From an uncultured Gemmataceae bacterium (GTDB taxonomy: Bacteria; Planctomycetota; Planctomycetia; Gemmatales; Gemmataceae), in NCBI GenBank assembly GCA_963750165.1, contig CAVVPN010000004.1, positions 160,001-224,000 of the forward strand: 64,000 bases of DNA, read 5' to 3'. The position numbers and the translations under genes are program-made. The notes beneath the pieces were generated by a model that saw only the letters and a list, made by a program, of their open reading frames with translations, searched no databases and was not told the DNA's origin. Shown one piece after another: positions 9,508 through 19,293 of this stretch; positions within the stretch are counted from its first letter, which is position 1; the number at the start of each line of letters is the position of its first letter.

Positions 9508-9602
9508 CACGACTTTGCCCAATTCGCGTTCTTGAGCCGCGCACTGCTCTGACGGGGACAGGCACGAGCATCGTAAGTCTGTCGGTGCGGTCCAGCACCG
9601 GC

Positions 9603-10985
9603 CTACGGCGTCCGGTACAACACGCCGCCCTTCATCACCAACCGCACCCGCCGCAGCGCCGTGATGTCCTGCGTCGGGTCGCCCTCGACGGCGACGAGGT
9701 CCGCGAGCAACCCCGGCTGTGCTGCCCCAAGCGTTTTCCGCAGGCCCATCACCTTCGCGTTGTCCGACGTGGCCGCTTTCAGCGCCTGCACCGGCGTCAT
9801 GCCATAGTCCACCATCAGTTCCAGCTCGCGCGCCTGGTCGCCGTGAGCGAACACGCCCACATCGCTGCCGTTGATGATGGTCACGCCCGCCTGCAGCGCC
9901 GCCTGGAAGCTGGCCCGGTGCGCCTTCAGCGCCGCCGTCTCCGGGTTGCCTGGACGCCAGCCGCCGTACTTCGCCATCGCCTCGGTGGCCGCCAGCGTTG
10001 GGCACAGCGCCACGCCGCGGTTGGCCAGCAACTGCATCACCTCCAGGTCACCCTCGGTGCCGTGCTCGATGGTCGCGACGCCCGCCAGCGCCGCCAGCTT
10101 CATGCCCTCCTTGGTCGTGGCGTGCGCCGACACCGGCACCTTCGCCTGGCCGGCCACCTCGACGATGCGTTTCATCTCCTGCAGCGTGAATGTCGGCCGG
10201 GCACCGCGGCCGGGGCCCCAGAAAAAGTCCGCGTAAAACTTGATCCAATCGGCGCCGCGGGCGATCTGGTCGCGGATCACGCGGATCAGCGCATCCATGC
10301 CATCGGCCTCCTCGGCGCCCTGCGGCACGCGAATCTCCGGCGTGAACGATCTCGGCGCGTAGCTGCCGGTGGCGACGATGGCCTTCGTCACGACCAGCAG
10401 CCGCGGCCCCGGGATGATGTTCTGCTCGATGGCCTGCTTGAGCCCCACGTCGGCGTAGCCGGCCCCCTCGGTGCCGAGGTCGCGCATGGTGGTGAAGCCC
10501 GCCAGCAGGCCGGCGCGGGCGTGGTTGGTGGCCCGGCAAATCCGCAGCGCCAGCGGCTCCTTGAGCACCTGGTCGTCCCACTTCGCCTCGTTGTACGGGT
10601 GCAGCAGCAGGTGCGAATGGGCGTCGATCAGGCCGGGCAGCAGCGTCATGTTGGGCAGGTCAATGACGCGAGCGCCGGGCGGCAGCGTGACCTGATCGGC
10701 GGGGCCGGCGTCGGCGATTTTGTCGCCGCGGACGACGACCACCCAGCCGGCGTGCGGCTTCGGGCTGACGCCATCGTAGACGCGGGCCGGCTTGAGGACC
10801 GTGACCGCGGTGGCCTTCGGCTTGCCCTTGCCTTTCCCTCGCGCGGGAGTGGCCGTCTCGAACTCGGCGGCGAAAGCGTTGCGAGGCTTCTTCGGTTGAG
10901 GCGAGTTGATTTGGGCCGTCGGCTCTTGAGCGCAACCCAGCACGACGACGCCCAGCAGCAGGCAGACGAAAGATGAGCGGTTCAT
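9603..10985 (-). CDS. Exported amidohydrolase family protein (prolidase-like metal-dependent hydrolase)
   Basis: Lipobox [40 protein letters not shown] and [10 protein letters not shown] motifs. Confidence 0.9.
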   Translation of the reverse strand: MNRSSFVCLLLGVVVLGCAQEPTAQINSPQPKKPRNAFAAEFETATPARGKGKGKPKATAVTVLKPARVYDGVSPKPHAGWVVVVRGDKIADAGPADQVTLPPGARVIDLPNMTLLPGLIDAHSHLLLHPYNEAKWDDQVLKEPLALRICRATNHARAGLLAGFTTMRDLGTEGAGYADVGLKQAIEQNIIPGPRLLVVTKAIVATGSYAPRSFTPEIRVPQGAEEADGMDALIRVIRDQIARGADWIKFYADFFWGPGRGARPTFTLQEMKRIVEVAGQAKVPVSAHATTKEGMKLAALAGVATIEHGTEGDLEVMQLLANRGVALCPTLAATEAMAKYGGWRPGNPETAALKAHRASFQAALQAGVTIINGSDVGVFAHGDQARELELMVDYGMTPVQALKAATSDNAKVMGLRKTLGAAQPGLLADLVAVEGDPTQDITALRRVRLVMKGGVLYRTP

Positions 10986-11213
10986 TGAGTCCTTCCTCTC
11001 GGAGCCTGAACGCGAAGGGGTTCACTCTTTTGCTTGGACAGTAAATAATTCGCCAGGATGTTGGATACAGGTGACCATTTCTTTCCTCATCTCGATTTCA
11101 CAAATGCAATAGTCAATGCACAACCGGCTGATCGGTAGTTCGGATAATGGCGTTTACTTCTCGTGCTGTCGGCGGGCCAAACGTAAATGAAGTCAACCTG
11201 TCTCCGGCCGTTT

Positions 11214-12545
11214 TCAGCCCGGCTCGCTGAGCGCCGCCCGGTGGCGGACGCGCGGCAGCAACGGCAGCATGAGCAGCAGCAGCGCCGCCCCAACGGCGTA
11301 GGGCAACAGATGCGACGCCTCCGCCTTGTACAGCACCAGGCCGATGAACGGCCCCAGAATGCGCGCCAGCGCTGACGCCGACTGGTTCACGCCCAGAATT
11401 TCGCCCTGCCGCCCCGGGTCGCTGAGCCGCGAGATCAGCGCCTGGATCGACGGCGTCAGGAACGCGAAGCCGACCACCGCCACCGTCAGGCTCGCCAGGA
11501 AGCACGCCAGCAGCAACTCGAACTCCGGCCGCGCCCCCGCCCCGGTCAGCACCGCCACCACGCCCAGGCTCGCCACGCCCAGACCCATCAGCCCGATGCC
11601 GATCGCCATGAACGTCAGCTCGCTGAGGCGCCGCGCCAGCCGGCGGTACAGGAAGCCCTGCGTCATCAACAGCACGAAGCCGACGTAGGCGAACACCAGG
11701 AAATTGTCCTTGTCCGGCAGCTGCAGAATGTCCTTGTTCAGCAGCGACAGCGTTGCCTCGAAGCTGCCGAAGCCGAACGTCGCCAGGAAGAAGATCAACA
11801 CCAGCGTGCCGACGGCGGCGTCGCGGAAGGTGTGCCGCAGCGCCAGCACGTTGAAGCGCTTTTTGACCTGCGAATAATCGCTGGCGGCGCGCGTCTCCGG
11901 CAGCAGCGCCACGGCCAGCGCCAGCGCCAGCCCCGACAGCGCCGCCGCCACGTAGCCGACGGCCCCGAGCACCTGCGGGAACCACTGCAGCGCCGCGAAG
12001 CCCACCAGCGGCCCGAACGTGAAACCGATGCCGAACGCCGCCCCGATCAGCGCCATGCCGTGCTTGCGCTTCTCCGGCGGCGTGCTGTCCGCGATCACCG
12101 CCTGCGCCGTGCCGATGGTCGCCCCCGCCGCCCCGGCCCCGAGCCGGGCCAGGAACAGCAGCAGCAGCGCCAGCTGCGGCTGCTCGTCGCTGCGCTCCAG
12201 CCCCTCGCCCAGCAGGAAATAGAACACGACCGAGCCGGCCAGGCCAACCAGCAGCACCGGCCGCCGGCCGATCCGATCCGACAGCTGGCCCCACAGCGGC
12301 GCGAACACGAACTGCATCGCCGAGAAGGACGACATCAACAGGCCCAACAGCGCCCCCGCCAGCGCATCGCCGTAATGCAACTGCCCCTGCAACAGTTCGT
12401 CGCCAAAGCGCGGCAGCAGCGGCAGGACAATGCCGAAGCCCAGCAGGTCGATGAACACGACCAGGAAAACGATGCCCAGCGCTGCGTGGTTGCTGCGCGG
12501 CGACGGCGGGGGCGGGGTCGCGGTGATTGACACTTCGGGTTGCAT
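11214..12545 (-). CDS. MFS transporter (TetA/DHA1-like)
   Basis: FIDLLGFGIVLPLLP, motif A GQLSDRIGRRPVL, motif C GFTFGPLVG; about 12 TMs. Confidence 0.9.
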   Translation of the reverse strand: MQPEVSITATPPPPSPRSNHAALGIVFLVVFIDLLGFGIVLPLLPRFGDELLQGQLHYGDALAGALLGLLMSSFSAMQFVFAPLWGQLSDRIGRRPVLLVGLAGSVVFYFLLGEGLERSDEQPQLALLLLFLARLGAGAAGATIGTAQAVIADSTPPEKRKHGMALIGAAFGIGFTFGPLVGFAALQWFPQVLGAVGYVAAALSGLALALAVALLPETRAASDYSQVKKRFNVLALRHTFRDAAVGTLVLIFFLATFGFGSFEATLSLLNKDILQLPDKDNFLVFAYVGFVLLMTQGFLYRRLARRLSELTFMAIGIGLMGLGVASLGVVAVLTGAGARPEFELLLACFLASLTVAVVGFAFLTPSIQALISRLSDPGRQGEILGVNQSASALARILGPFIGLVLYKAEASHLLPYAVGAALLLLMLPLLPRVRHRAALSEPG

Positions 12546-12588
12546 GGTTAGCCTTTTTCCGCTCCGGGCTGCTAAAGCGTATGCCCTG

Positions 12589-12654
12589 CGTGTAGCGGAA
12601 GTCGCCAGACTTCCGAACGGCGCCGGACGGAAGTCTGGCGACTTCCGCTACACG
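12589..12654. repeat. GTAG-type REP doublet palindrome
   Basis: CGTGTAGCGGAAGTCGCCAGACTTCCG-N12-CGGAAGTCTGGCGACTTCCGCTACACG. Confidence 0.85.
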
Positions 12655-12867
12655 CGGGGCAACTCGCGCTAGACAAACATCAACATCTGTTCATTCATCC
12701 ACGGCGCCGCGGCGTCGCTCCAGGTCGCGCCGTTCCCACAGTCGCTAGACTGCGACCGTCGTGCCGATATTTCCGCGCCGCGGCCGCCGGACTGTCGTTG
12801 ACCCCATCGCGGTCGTGCGGCATCTTTACCCGATGCGACTGCGTGTACTGCTGTACGGGATGCAATC

Positions 12868-13716
12868 ATGGCCGCCTTTGACACCTTTGGGACGAAGACT
12901 CTCAGTGACACCAGTGCCCCGCCCACCTTCCTGATTCTCGACACCGAGAGCGTGCCCGACGGCCGGCTGCTGGCGAAGATCAAGTATCCCGGCGCGGACC
13001 TGCCGCCCGAGGAGGCGATCCGCCGCGCCCAGGACGAGGCCCGCGACCGCTCGCACACCGGCTCCGATTTTCTGCCGGTCAGCTTTCACTTCCCCGTGGC
13101 GGTGTGCATCCTCCGCGTCGGTCTGGACTACGGCCTGCAGGCGCTGACCTGCCTGGACGCGCCGCACTTCCGGCCGCGGAAGATCGTGGAGGAGTTCTGG
13201 CGCGGCGTGGCGAGTTACAAGGAGAAGTATAAGGAACGGGTGAAACTCGTCACCTTCAACGGCCGCGGCTTCGACCTGCCGCTGCTCGAACTGGCGGCGT
13301 TCCGCTACGGTTGTGCCGGCCGCGATTACTTCCTCAGCAGCCGCAACCGCTTCGGCGGCGGTCATGTCGATCTGATGGACTGGCTGACGAATTTCGGCGC
13401 GGTGCGCATGGCGGGCGGCCTCGATCTGCTGTCGAAGTTGCTCGGCAAGCCGGGCAAGATGGAGGTGGCGGGCGATCAGGTGTATCAGATGCATCTGGCC
13501 GGTAAATTGCAGGAGATCAACGACTACTGCATGTTCGACACGCTGGACACGTACTTCGTGTTCCTGCGAACGCGGGTGATGACCGGCGAGTTGACGCTGG
13601 AGCAGGAGCACGCCGCGGTGGTCCGTGCCAAGCAGTGGCTCACCGGCAAGGCGGACGATGTGCCGGCGCTCAAGCAGTACCTCGACAACTGGAGCGAGTG
13701 GGAGCCGTGGCCGTGA
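12868..13716 (+). CDS. Predicted 3'-5' exonuclease (PolB exonuclease-like, DEDD)
   Basis: ExoI LDTESVP, ExoII VTFNGRGFDLP, HVDLMD, ExoIII YCMFDTLDT. Confidence 0.85.
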   Translation: MAAFDTFGTKTLSDTSAPPTFLILDTESVPDGRLLAKIKYPGADLPPEEAIRRAQDEARDRSHTGSDFLPVSFHFPVAVCILRVGLDYGLQALTCLDAPHFRPRKIVEEFWRGVASYKEKYKERVKLVTFNGRGFDLPLLELAAFRYGCAGRDYFLSSRNRFGGGHVDLMDWLTNFGAVRMAGGLDLLSKLLGKPGKMEVAGDQVYQMHLAGKLQEINDYCMFDTLDTYFVFLRTRVMTGELTLEQEHAAVVRAKQWLTGKADDVPALKQYLDNWSEWEPWP

Positions 13717-13912
13717 TGTCGCAGACGCCCATGACCATCCGCTCGTGGCGCCAGAGCAGCAGCTCAAACGCATTGGCGTCCCCGGTGGCGGCGAAGTGCC
13801 GGAGCAACTCCCCGTCCTGGGTGTCCGCACTCGCGTGCCTGGACGTCAGGTGATGGATCAGGTCTGCAACGGGGGGGTCGATGTAACCGGAGCAGATTGG
13901 CGGAATTGCCAT
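13717..13912 (-). pseudogene. Truncated N-terminus of an ECF sigma-70 factor
   Basis: DGELLRHFAATGDANAFELLLWRHERMVMGVC matches the N-terminal/region-2 motif of Gemmataceae-type ECFs. Similarity stops abruptly at the exonuclease stop codon. Confidence 0.7.
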
Positions 13913-14155
13913 ACGCGCGGAGGTGGGGCGGACCGAAATACGCAAACTCCGAGCCGCCGGAGGCGACGTCCATCGCCGTGCCGCGTTGCTCTTCTTAATC
14001 CTCGGCAGGCGGCCGGCAGAAAAGCATGCCCAAAACGCGCAAGCGCGGGCGGAGGCCGCGTGTACTATCAGAAGGCTCGGGCGGCAGCGAGCCCCAGGGA
14101 ACTTTGGCTCAAGACCGTTTGGAGTCTTGGAAGCCTTGCCAGGAGAACGACGACC

Positions 14156-14632
14156 ATGAAGACGATCAGTCTGCGTATCTTCGGAGCCCTTCTTGTCCCG
14201 GGTGTGCTGTGGGTGATCGTGCCCGGCGTCCGGGCGGATGACCCCATTGATCGTGTGAACGCAACAGGCCAGTATCAAGCCGAACTATTCCGGGAAACGG
14301 TGCAGCAATACCAGGATCTGCGGACTTTTGCTGACGAAATGAACCGCATGCGGCAGGACACGCAACCGGCACCGCCGGTGGCAGGACCGGTGGCGGTCCC
14401 GCCGAAAGCGCCGGTGGCAGGACCGGTGGCTGCCCGTCAGGTTAGGTTTCCCCCACAAGCGGTCCCGCAGCAGCGCCCGATGCCGCTGGATCCCGTTGCG
14501 TTTCAGCAGATGGTGCGCCAGAATCAGGAGAAGGTGCGCCAGCAGATTATGCAAACGCAACAGCAGATTCTGCAAAGGCACCAGGAAATTATCCAACAAC
14601 AACAGCAGCACATCATGCGCGTGCCGCAGTAG
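14156..14632 (+). CDS. Secreted Gln/Pro-rich hypothetical protein
   Basis: GGAG RBS, signal peptide ending VRA-DD, duplicated PVAGPVA, Gln-rich C-terminus. Confidence 0.65.
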   Translation: MKTISLRIFGALLVPGVLWVIVPGVRADDPIDRVNATGQYQAELFRETVQQYQDLRTFADEMNRMRQDTQPAPPVAGPVAVPPKAPVAGPVAARQVRFPPQAVPQQRPMPLDPVAFQQMVRQNQEKVRQQIMQTQQQILQRHQEIIQQQQQHIMRVPQ

Positions 14633-14924
14633 GACACAGTTAGGTCGAATGGCATATCAGGGATTTGGCTGAAGCTGTTGGATCGGTCCTGCTTCGCAGT
14701 CGGCCGGTTCCATCGCAAGGGCCAGCCAGATCCCCCGATCGTCCCGGAATGCCGTCAGCTTTTGGGTGCGTCGGTCGGATCGACATGCGCGCGCAAGCCG
14801 AAGGACCCAGCGTGCGGAGGTCCGACGCACTTTCTGGCCTACCGTTGCACTGACGTGGTGGCACGTCTGAGACCAGAATCCTGTCCTTATGTATCAGATG
14901 CAAGAGTTCCGATTGCTTTCGCAG

Positions 14925-15894
14925 TCATGACGTAACCACATATCGCTTTGGGATTTCGGCTCCGGCCACGAAGCTTAACTTCCCGATCTTGCACATCTGG
15001 TACACGTTAATGCGGAAGTCCGGACAGGTGCTGACCAGGCAATACGCGTCCGTCGGTGTGAAGCCGTGCTCGCTGATGAGCCAGTCCATCAGGTGGAACG
15101 TCGCGGTCTCGACGGCGACCTCCAGCGGCCGCGCCGCGAACAGCGCCACCAGCGCCGCCGGCTTCTCGATGCGCATCCACGGTATCCGCTTGCCCTTGAT
15201 GAGGTCCAGCTGCGACGCGCACGGTCGCCTTGGTCTCGGCGGCGGTGCCGGTGAACTCGGTGTCGCCCTGGCTGGCGTGAACGTCGCCAAGGTAGAACAG
15301 CGCTCCCGGATGGTGGATCGGCAGGTAAATCCGGTTGCCGGGACACACGTCGCGGATGTCGAGGTTGCCGCCCCATTCGCCCTGGCCGTCGATGCTGGTG
15401 GTCACCTCGCGATCCGGAGCGACGCCCAGCGTGCCGACGAACGGCGTGATCGGCCACGACAGCCGGTCGTTGAAGTGCAGTGTGCCGTCGCGCGTCGTGC
15501 CGCTGGGGCCGGGCGTATGGCGGAACACCTTGGTCGTGTAGCCGGCGGACAGCTCCGGCCAGCGCGTCGATTCGCCCAGCGGGCCGCGCTTCGGGCCAAT
15601 GGCGATCCACGAAGAATCGTCCACCAGAATGTCTTCCAGGACGACCACGAGCGTGTCGCCGCGCTCCGCCCCGTGCAGGTAGACCGGGCCGCCGATGGGG
15701 TTGGCCTGCGGCGGCGTGCGGTCGAAGCCGGGCCGCTGTGCCGGGATGGCCTTGTCGGCGGGCGTCTTGAAGTAGCCGGTGCTGGCGTCGTAGGTCTCGA
15801 CCTCGAAGCTTTCGCCGGGCCGCACTCGCAGCAGCGGTTCATCGCGCCAGTCGAAAGCGTATTTGCGGGCCTGTTCGCGGAGGATGCGTTGCAC
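14925..15894 (-). CDS. Acetamidase/formamidase family protein; frameshift near 15214
   Basis: NPIGGPVYLHGAERGDTL, GGNLDIRD and LGDVHASQGDTE in one frame; AYCLVS..DFRINVYQ in the next frame. Confidence 0.85.
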
Positions 15895-16061
15895 GGGATG
15901 CCGTCCGTTCCTGGGGTTGGTGGGATCTGCACAGGGTTTCGTCAACCGTTGTCCCGGCCGGGCGAGCTTCCGTATGATGCAAGGGACCGCGGGCCGAACA
16001 ATCACTGCACAGGCAAATTTGCTTGGCCGGGTCGGTCGCTGTCAAGCGGAAAATCCGTGAA

Positions 16062-16965
16062 ATGAGCGAAGGCCAAACTTCCGTCAGCCATCCCCTGACG
16101 CCACCGCTGTTGACCACCATCGCCGCCGCCCGCCAGGCCGTCGCGGACGCCCGGGGCCGCGGCCTGACCGTCGGCCTTGTGCCGACCCTCGGCGCCCTGC
16201 ACGCCGGCCATGCCAGCCTGCTCCGCGCCGCCCGCGCCGAAACCGACTTCGTCGTCGCCTCGATCTTCGTCAACCCGACGCAGTTCGGCCCCCACGAGGA
16301 CTTCCATCGCTACCCGCGGCCGCTGGAACAGGACCTCGCCCGCTGCGCCGCCGAGCGCGTGGACGCCGTCTTCCACCCCGACGTGGAAACCATGTATCCC
16401 GAGCCGTTTTACACCTTCGTGGAGGTGCCGACGGTGCAGGACGGCCTGTGCGGCGGCCGCCGGCCGGGCCACTTCCGCGGCGTCGCCACGGTGGTGCTCA
16501 AGCTGCTCAACATCGTCCGGCCCGACGTGCTTTACCTCGGCCAGAAGGACGCCCAGCAGGTGCGCAGTGCTGCGGCAAATGGTCCGCGATTTGAATGTCG
16601 AAGTTGCGGTCCGCGAGTGCCCCACGGTGCGCGAGCCAGACGGGCTAGCACTCAGTTCGCGCAACCAGTATCTTGACGCTGACCAGCGCCGGCACGCCCC
16701 CGCGCTGTACCGGGCGCTGGCGGAAGTGCGGCGGCGGATCGAGGCCGGCGAGCGCGACGCGGCGGCACTGCGGCGGCTGCTGGCGGAGCGCGTCACCGCC
16801 ACGCCGGGGGCTCGGCTGGATTACGCGGAGGTCGTGGACGGCGCGACGCTGCGGCCGCTGGATCGGCTGTGCGGCGAAGTCCTGGTCGCCCTGGCGGTCT
16901 TCTTCGGCAGCACGCGCCTGATTGATAATGTTCTTCTTCACCTGCCCGCGGCGTCGGAAGGATGA
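16062..16965 (+). CDS. panC: Pantoate--beta-alanine ligase; +1 frameshift near 16566
   Basis: VPTLGALHAGH, SIFVNPTQF, RPGHFRGV, GQKDAQQ, then REPDGLALSSRN and TRLIDN in the next frame. Confidence 0.95.
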
Positions 16966-17042
16966 AGGATGAAGGACGAAGGATGAATAAAGACGGGGTG
17001 CATTGGTCTTTATTCATCCTTCATCCTTCATCCTTCATCCTT
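16958..17042. repeat. Inverted heptamer tandem repeat (GGATGAA)4 ... (TTCATCC)4 hairpin
   Basis: About 37-bp stem with one mismatch, between panC and mgtE. Confidence 0.85.
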
Positions 17043-17058
17043 GTTTTGAGGGGCCCTC

Positions 17059-18672
17059 ATGGTGCATCTCCTGTTCGGTCCTGAAGTCCGCCTGATGCTG
17101 CAGGAGAACGACGCCGACGGCATGGCCGCGTTCCTGGAGACGCTGCACCCCGCCACCGTCGCCGAGGCCCTGGCCGATGAGGCCCTCACCGTCGAGGAAG
17201 TCTGGCGCTTCCTCAAGCACACCAACGTCCGCACCCAGGCCGCCATCTTCGAGTATTTCCCCATCGAGTTGCAGGTCAAGCTGGCCGAGGGCGCCGGCCG
17301 CCAGGACATGGCCCACCTGATCGAGAAGATGTCGCACGACGACCGGGCCGATCTGCTCCGCCGCCTGATGCCGCGCGTCGTCGAGAGCCTGCTGCGCCTG
17401 GTGGACGAGGCCGACCGCCGGGACATCGCCCAGCTGGTCAGCTACCCCGAGCACTCCGCCGGGGCGCTGATGACCACCGACTACGCCTGGGTGCCGGCCA
17501 GCATCACCGTCGGCGAGGCGCTCGACCGGCTCCGCCTGCAAGCCCCCGACCGCGAGACGATCTATTACGTCTTCGTGCTCGACGACCAGCGCAAGCTGCA
17601 GGGGGTGGTGTCGCTGCGCGACCTGATCCTGGCGCCGCGGCACACGCTCATCCGTGACATCATGGACAAGGAGGCGGTGACCGTGAAGGTTACCGACGAC
17701 CCCGAGCACGTCGCCGCGGAACTGGCCCGCTACGACCTGATCGCCATCCCGGTGGTGGATGCTGACGGCCGGCTGATCGGCATCGTCACGCACGACGACG
17801 TGATCGACGTGGTGGTGCAGGAGGCGACCGAGGACGTGTATCGCATGGGGGCGGTCGGGCCGCTGGCGGAGAACTACCTGGAGGCCAACTTCTTCAAGGT
17901 GTGGCGCAACCGGGCGGTGTGGCTGGCGTGCCTGTTCATCGCCGAACTGTTCACGTTCACGGCGCTGGCACACTTCGAGGACGCCATCAAGGCCATCGTG
18001 GTGCTCAGCCTGTTCGTGCCGCTGTGCATCTCGACGGGTGGCAATTCCGGCTCGCAGGCGGCGACGCTCATCACCCGCGCCATGGCGCTGGGCCAGGTGG
18101 ACGTGGGCGACTGGTGGCGAGTGCTGCGGCACGAGCTCGTCATGGGCGTGGCGCTGGGGCTGGCGCTGGGCGTGATCGGCTTCGCCCGCGCGGCGATCAC
18201 GACCACCGACACGCTGAGCAGTCCCGAGAAGCGCACCGAACCCTTCTTCATCCGCGTCCCCAAGAACCAGCCGCTGGCCCCGGACAGCGCCGGCGCCTTC
18301 GACGTGCCCACCGGAATCGGGGCGGAGGACGTGACGAAGGTTCACAAGAAGATGGTCGTCACGCTGCCGAAGGATGGTTCGGCGGGGAAGGTCAAGGTGC
18401 GCGAAGAGGGCAATCACCTGCTCTACGAATTCCCGGCCGACTCGGAGGTCAGCACGGAGGCGGTGAGCCGCTGGAGCCTGGCCATCGTCATCGCCCAGGC
18501 GGTGTGTCTGATCTGCCTGTGGGGCACGCTGGTCGGCTCGATGCTGCCCATCGCCTTCAGGCGCCTCGGCGTGGACCCGGGCATCGCCTCCAGCCCGTTC
18601 GTGGCCACCTTCGTGGACGTGACCGGGATTGTGATTTACTTCTCGATCGCCAAGGTGTGGTTGTTGAGCTGA
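17059..18672 (+). CDS. mgtE: Magnesium transporter MgtE
   Basis: N-domain, CBS pair (SAGALMTTDY, IPVVDADGRLIGIVTHDD), GGNSGSQAAT, DPGIASSPFVATFVDVTG. Confidence 0.95.
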   Translation: MVHLLFGPEVRLMLQENDADGMAAFLETLHPATVAEALADEALTVEEVWRFLKHTNVRTQAAIFEYFPIELQVKLAEGAGRQDMAHLIEKMSHDDRADLLRRLMPRVVESLLRLVDEADRRDIAQLVSYPEHSAGALMTTDYAWVPASITVGEALDRLRLQAPDRETIYYVFVLDDQRKLQGVVSLRDLILAPRHTLIRDIMDKEAVTVKVTDDPEHVAAELARYDLIAIPVVDADGRLIGIVTHDDVIDVVVQEATEDVYRMGAVGPLAENYLEANFFKVWRNRAVWLACLFIAELFTFTALAHFEDAIKAIVVLSLFVPLCISTGGNSGSQAATLITRAMALGQVDVGDWWRVLRHELVMGVALGLALGVIGFARAAITTTDTLSSPEKRTEPFFIRVPKNQPLAPDSAGAFDVPTGIGAEDVTKVHKKMVVTLPKDGSAGKVKVREEGNHLLYEFPADSEVSTEAVSRWSLAIVIAQAVCLICLWGTLVGSMLPIAFRRLGVDPGIASSPFVATFVDVTGIVIYFSIAKVWLLS

Positions 18673-18676
18673 GGCA

Positions 18677-19264
18677 ATGATGCGGCGTGTGTGCGTGTTT
18701 TGCGGTTCGCGGACGGGCGACGGGCCGGTCTACGCCGACTGCGCCCGGCAACTGGGCGCGGCGCTGGCGCGGCGCGGCCTGGGGTTGGTGTACGGCGCCG
18801 GCAACGTCGGCCTGATGGGCGTGCTAGCCGACGCGGCACTGGCACAGGGCGGTGAGGTGATCGGCGTCATCCCACGGGCGCTGGTGGACCGCGAGCTGGC
18901 CCACGCCGGGCTGTCGCAGCTGCACATCGTCGAAACCATGCACCAGCGCAAGGCGCTGATGGCCGACCTGAGCGACGCCTTCGTGGCGCTGCCGGGCGGT
19001 TACGGGACCGCCGACGAGCTCTTCGAGATCCTGACCTGGGCGCAGCTTGGCATCCACCAAAAGCCCATCGGTCTGGTGAATGTCGCGGCCTTCTTCGACC
19101 CGCTCGTTGCCTGGATCGACCACTGCGTCCGCGCAGGCTTCATCCGGCTCCAGCACCGCGATTTGCTGGCGACGGCCGCGGAGCCTGAAGCCTTGCTCGA
19201 TCTCCTTGCCCGGTTGGAGCCCGTCCCCCAGCTGCCCAAATGGATCGACGACCGGGACCGCTGA
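18677..19264 (+). CDS. LOG family (TIGR00730) nucleotide phosphoribohydrolase
   Basis: VCVFCGS, YGAGNVGLMG, MHQRKALM and PGGYGTADE (PGGxGTxxE). Confidence 0.9.
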   Translation: MMRRVCVFCGSRTGDGPVYADCARQLGAALARRGLGLVYGAGNVGLMGVLADAALAQGGEVIGVIPRALVDRELAHAGLSQLHIVETMHQRKALMADLSDAFVALPGGYGTADELFEILTWAQLGIHQKPIGLVNVAAFFDPLVAWIDHCVRAGFIRLQHRDLLATAAEPEALLDLLARLEPVPQLPKWIDDRDR

Positions 19265-19293
19265 GCGCCTGCGCCGGCTCGGAAACGGACCCC

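Noticed and set aside
8300..9510. tRNA-anchored genomic island or prophage attachment site
   Set aside because: No integrase and no duplicated tRNA 3' end was seen in the window.
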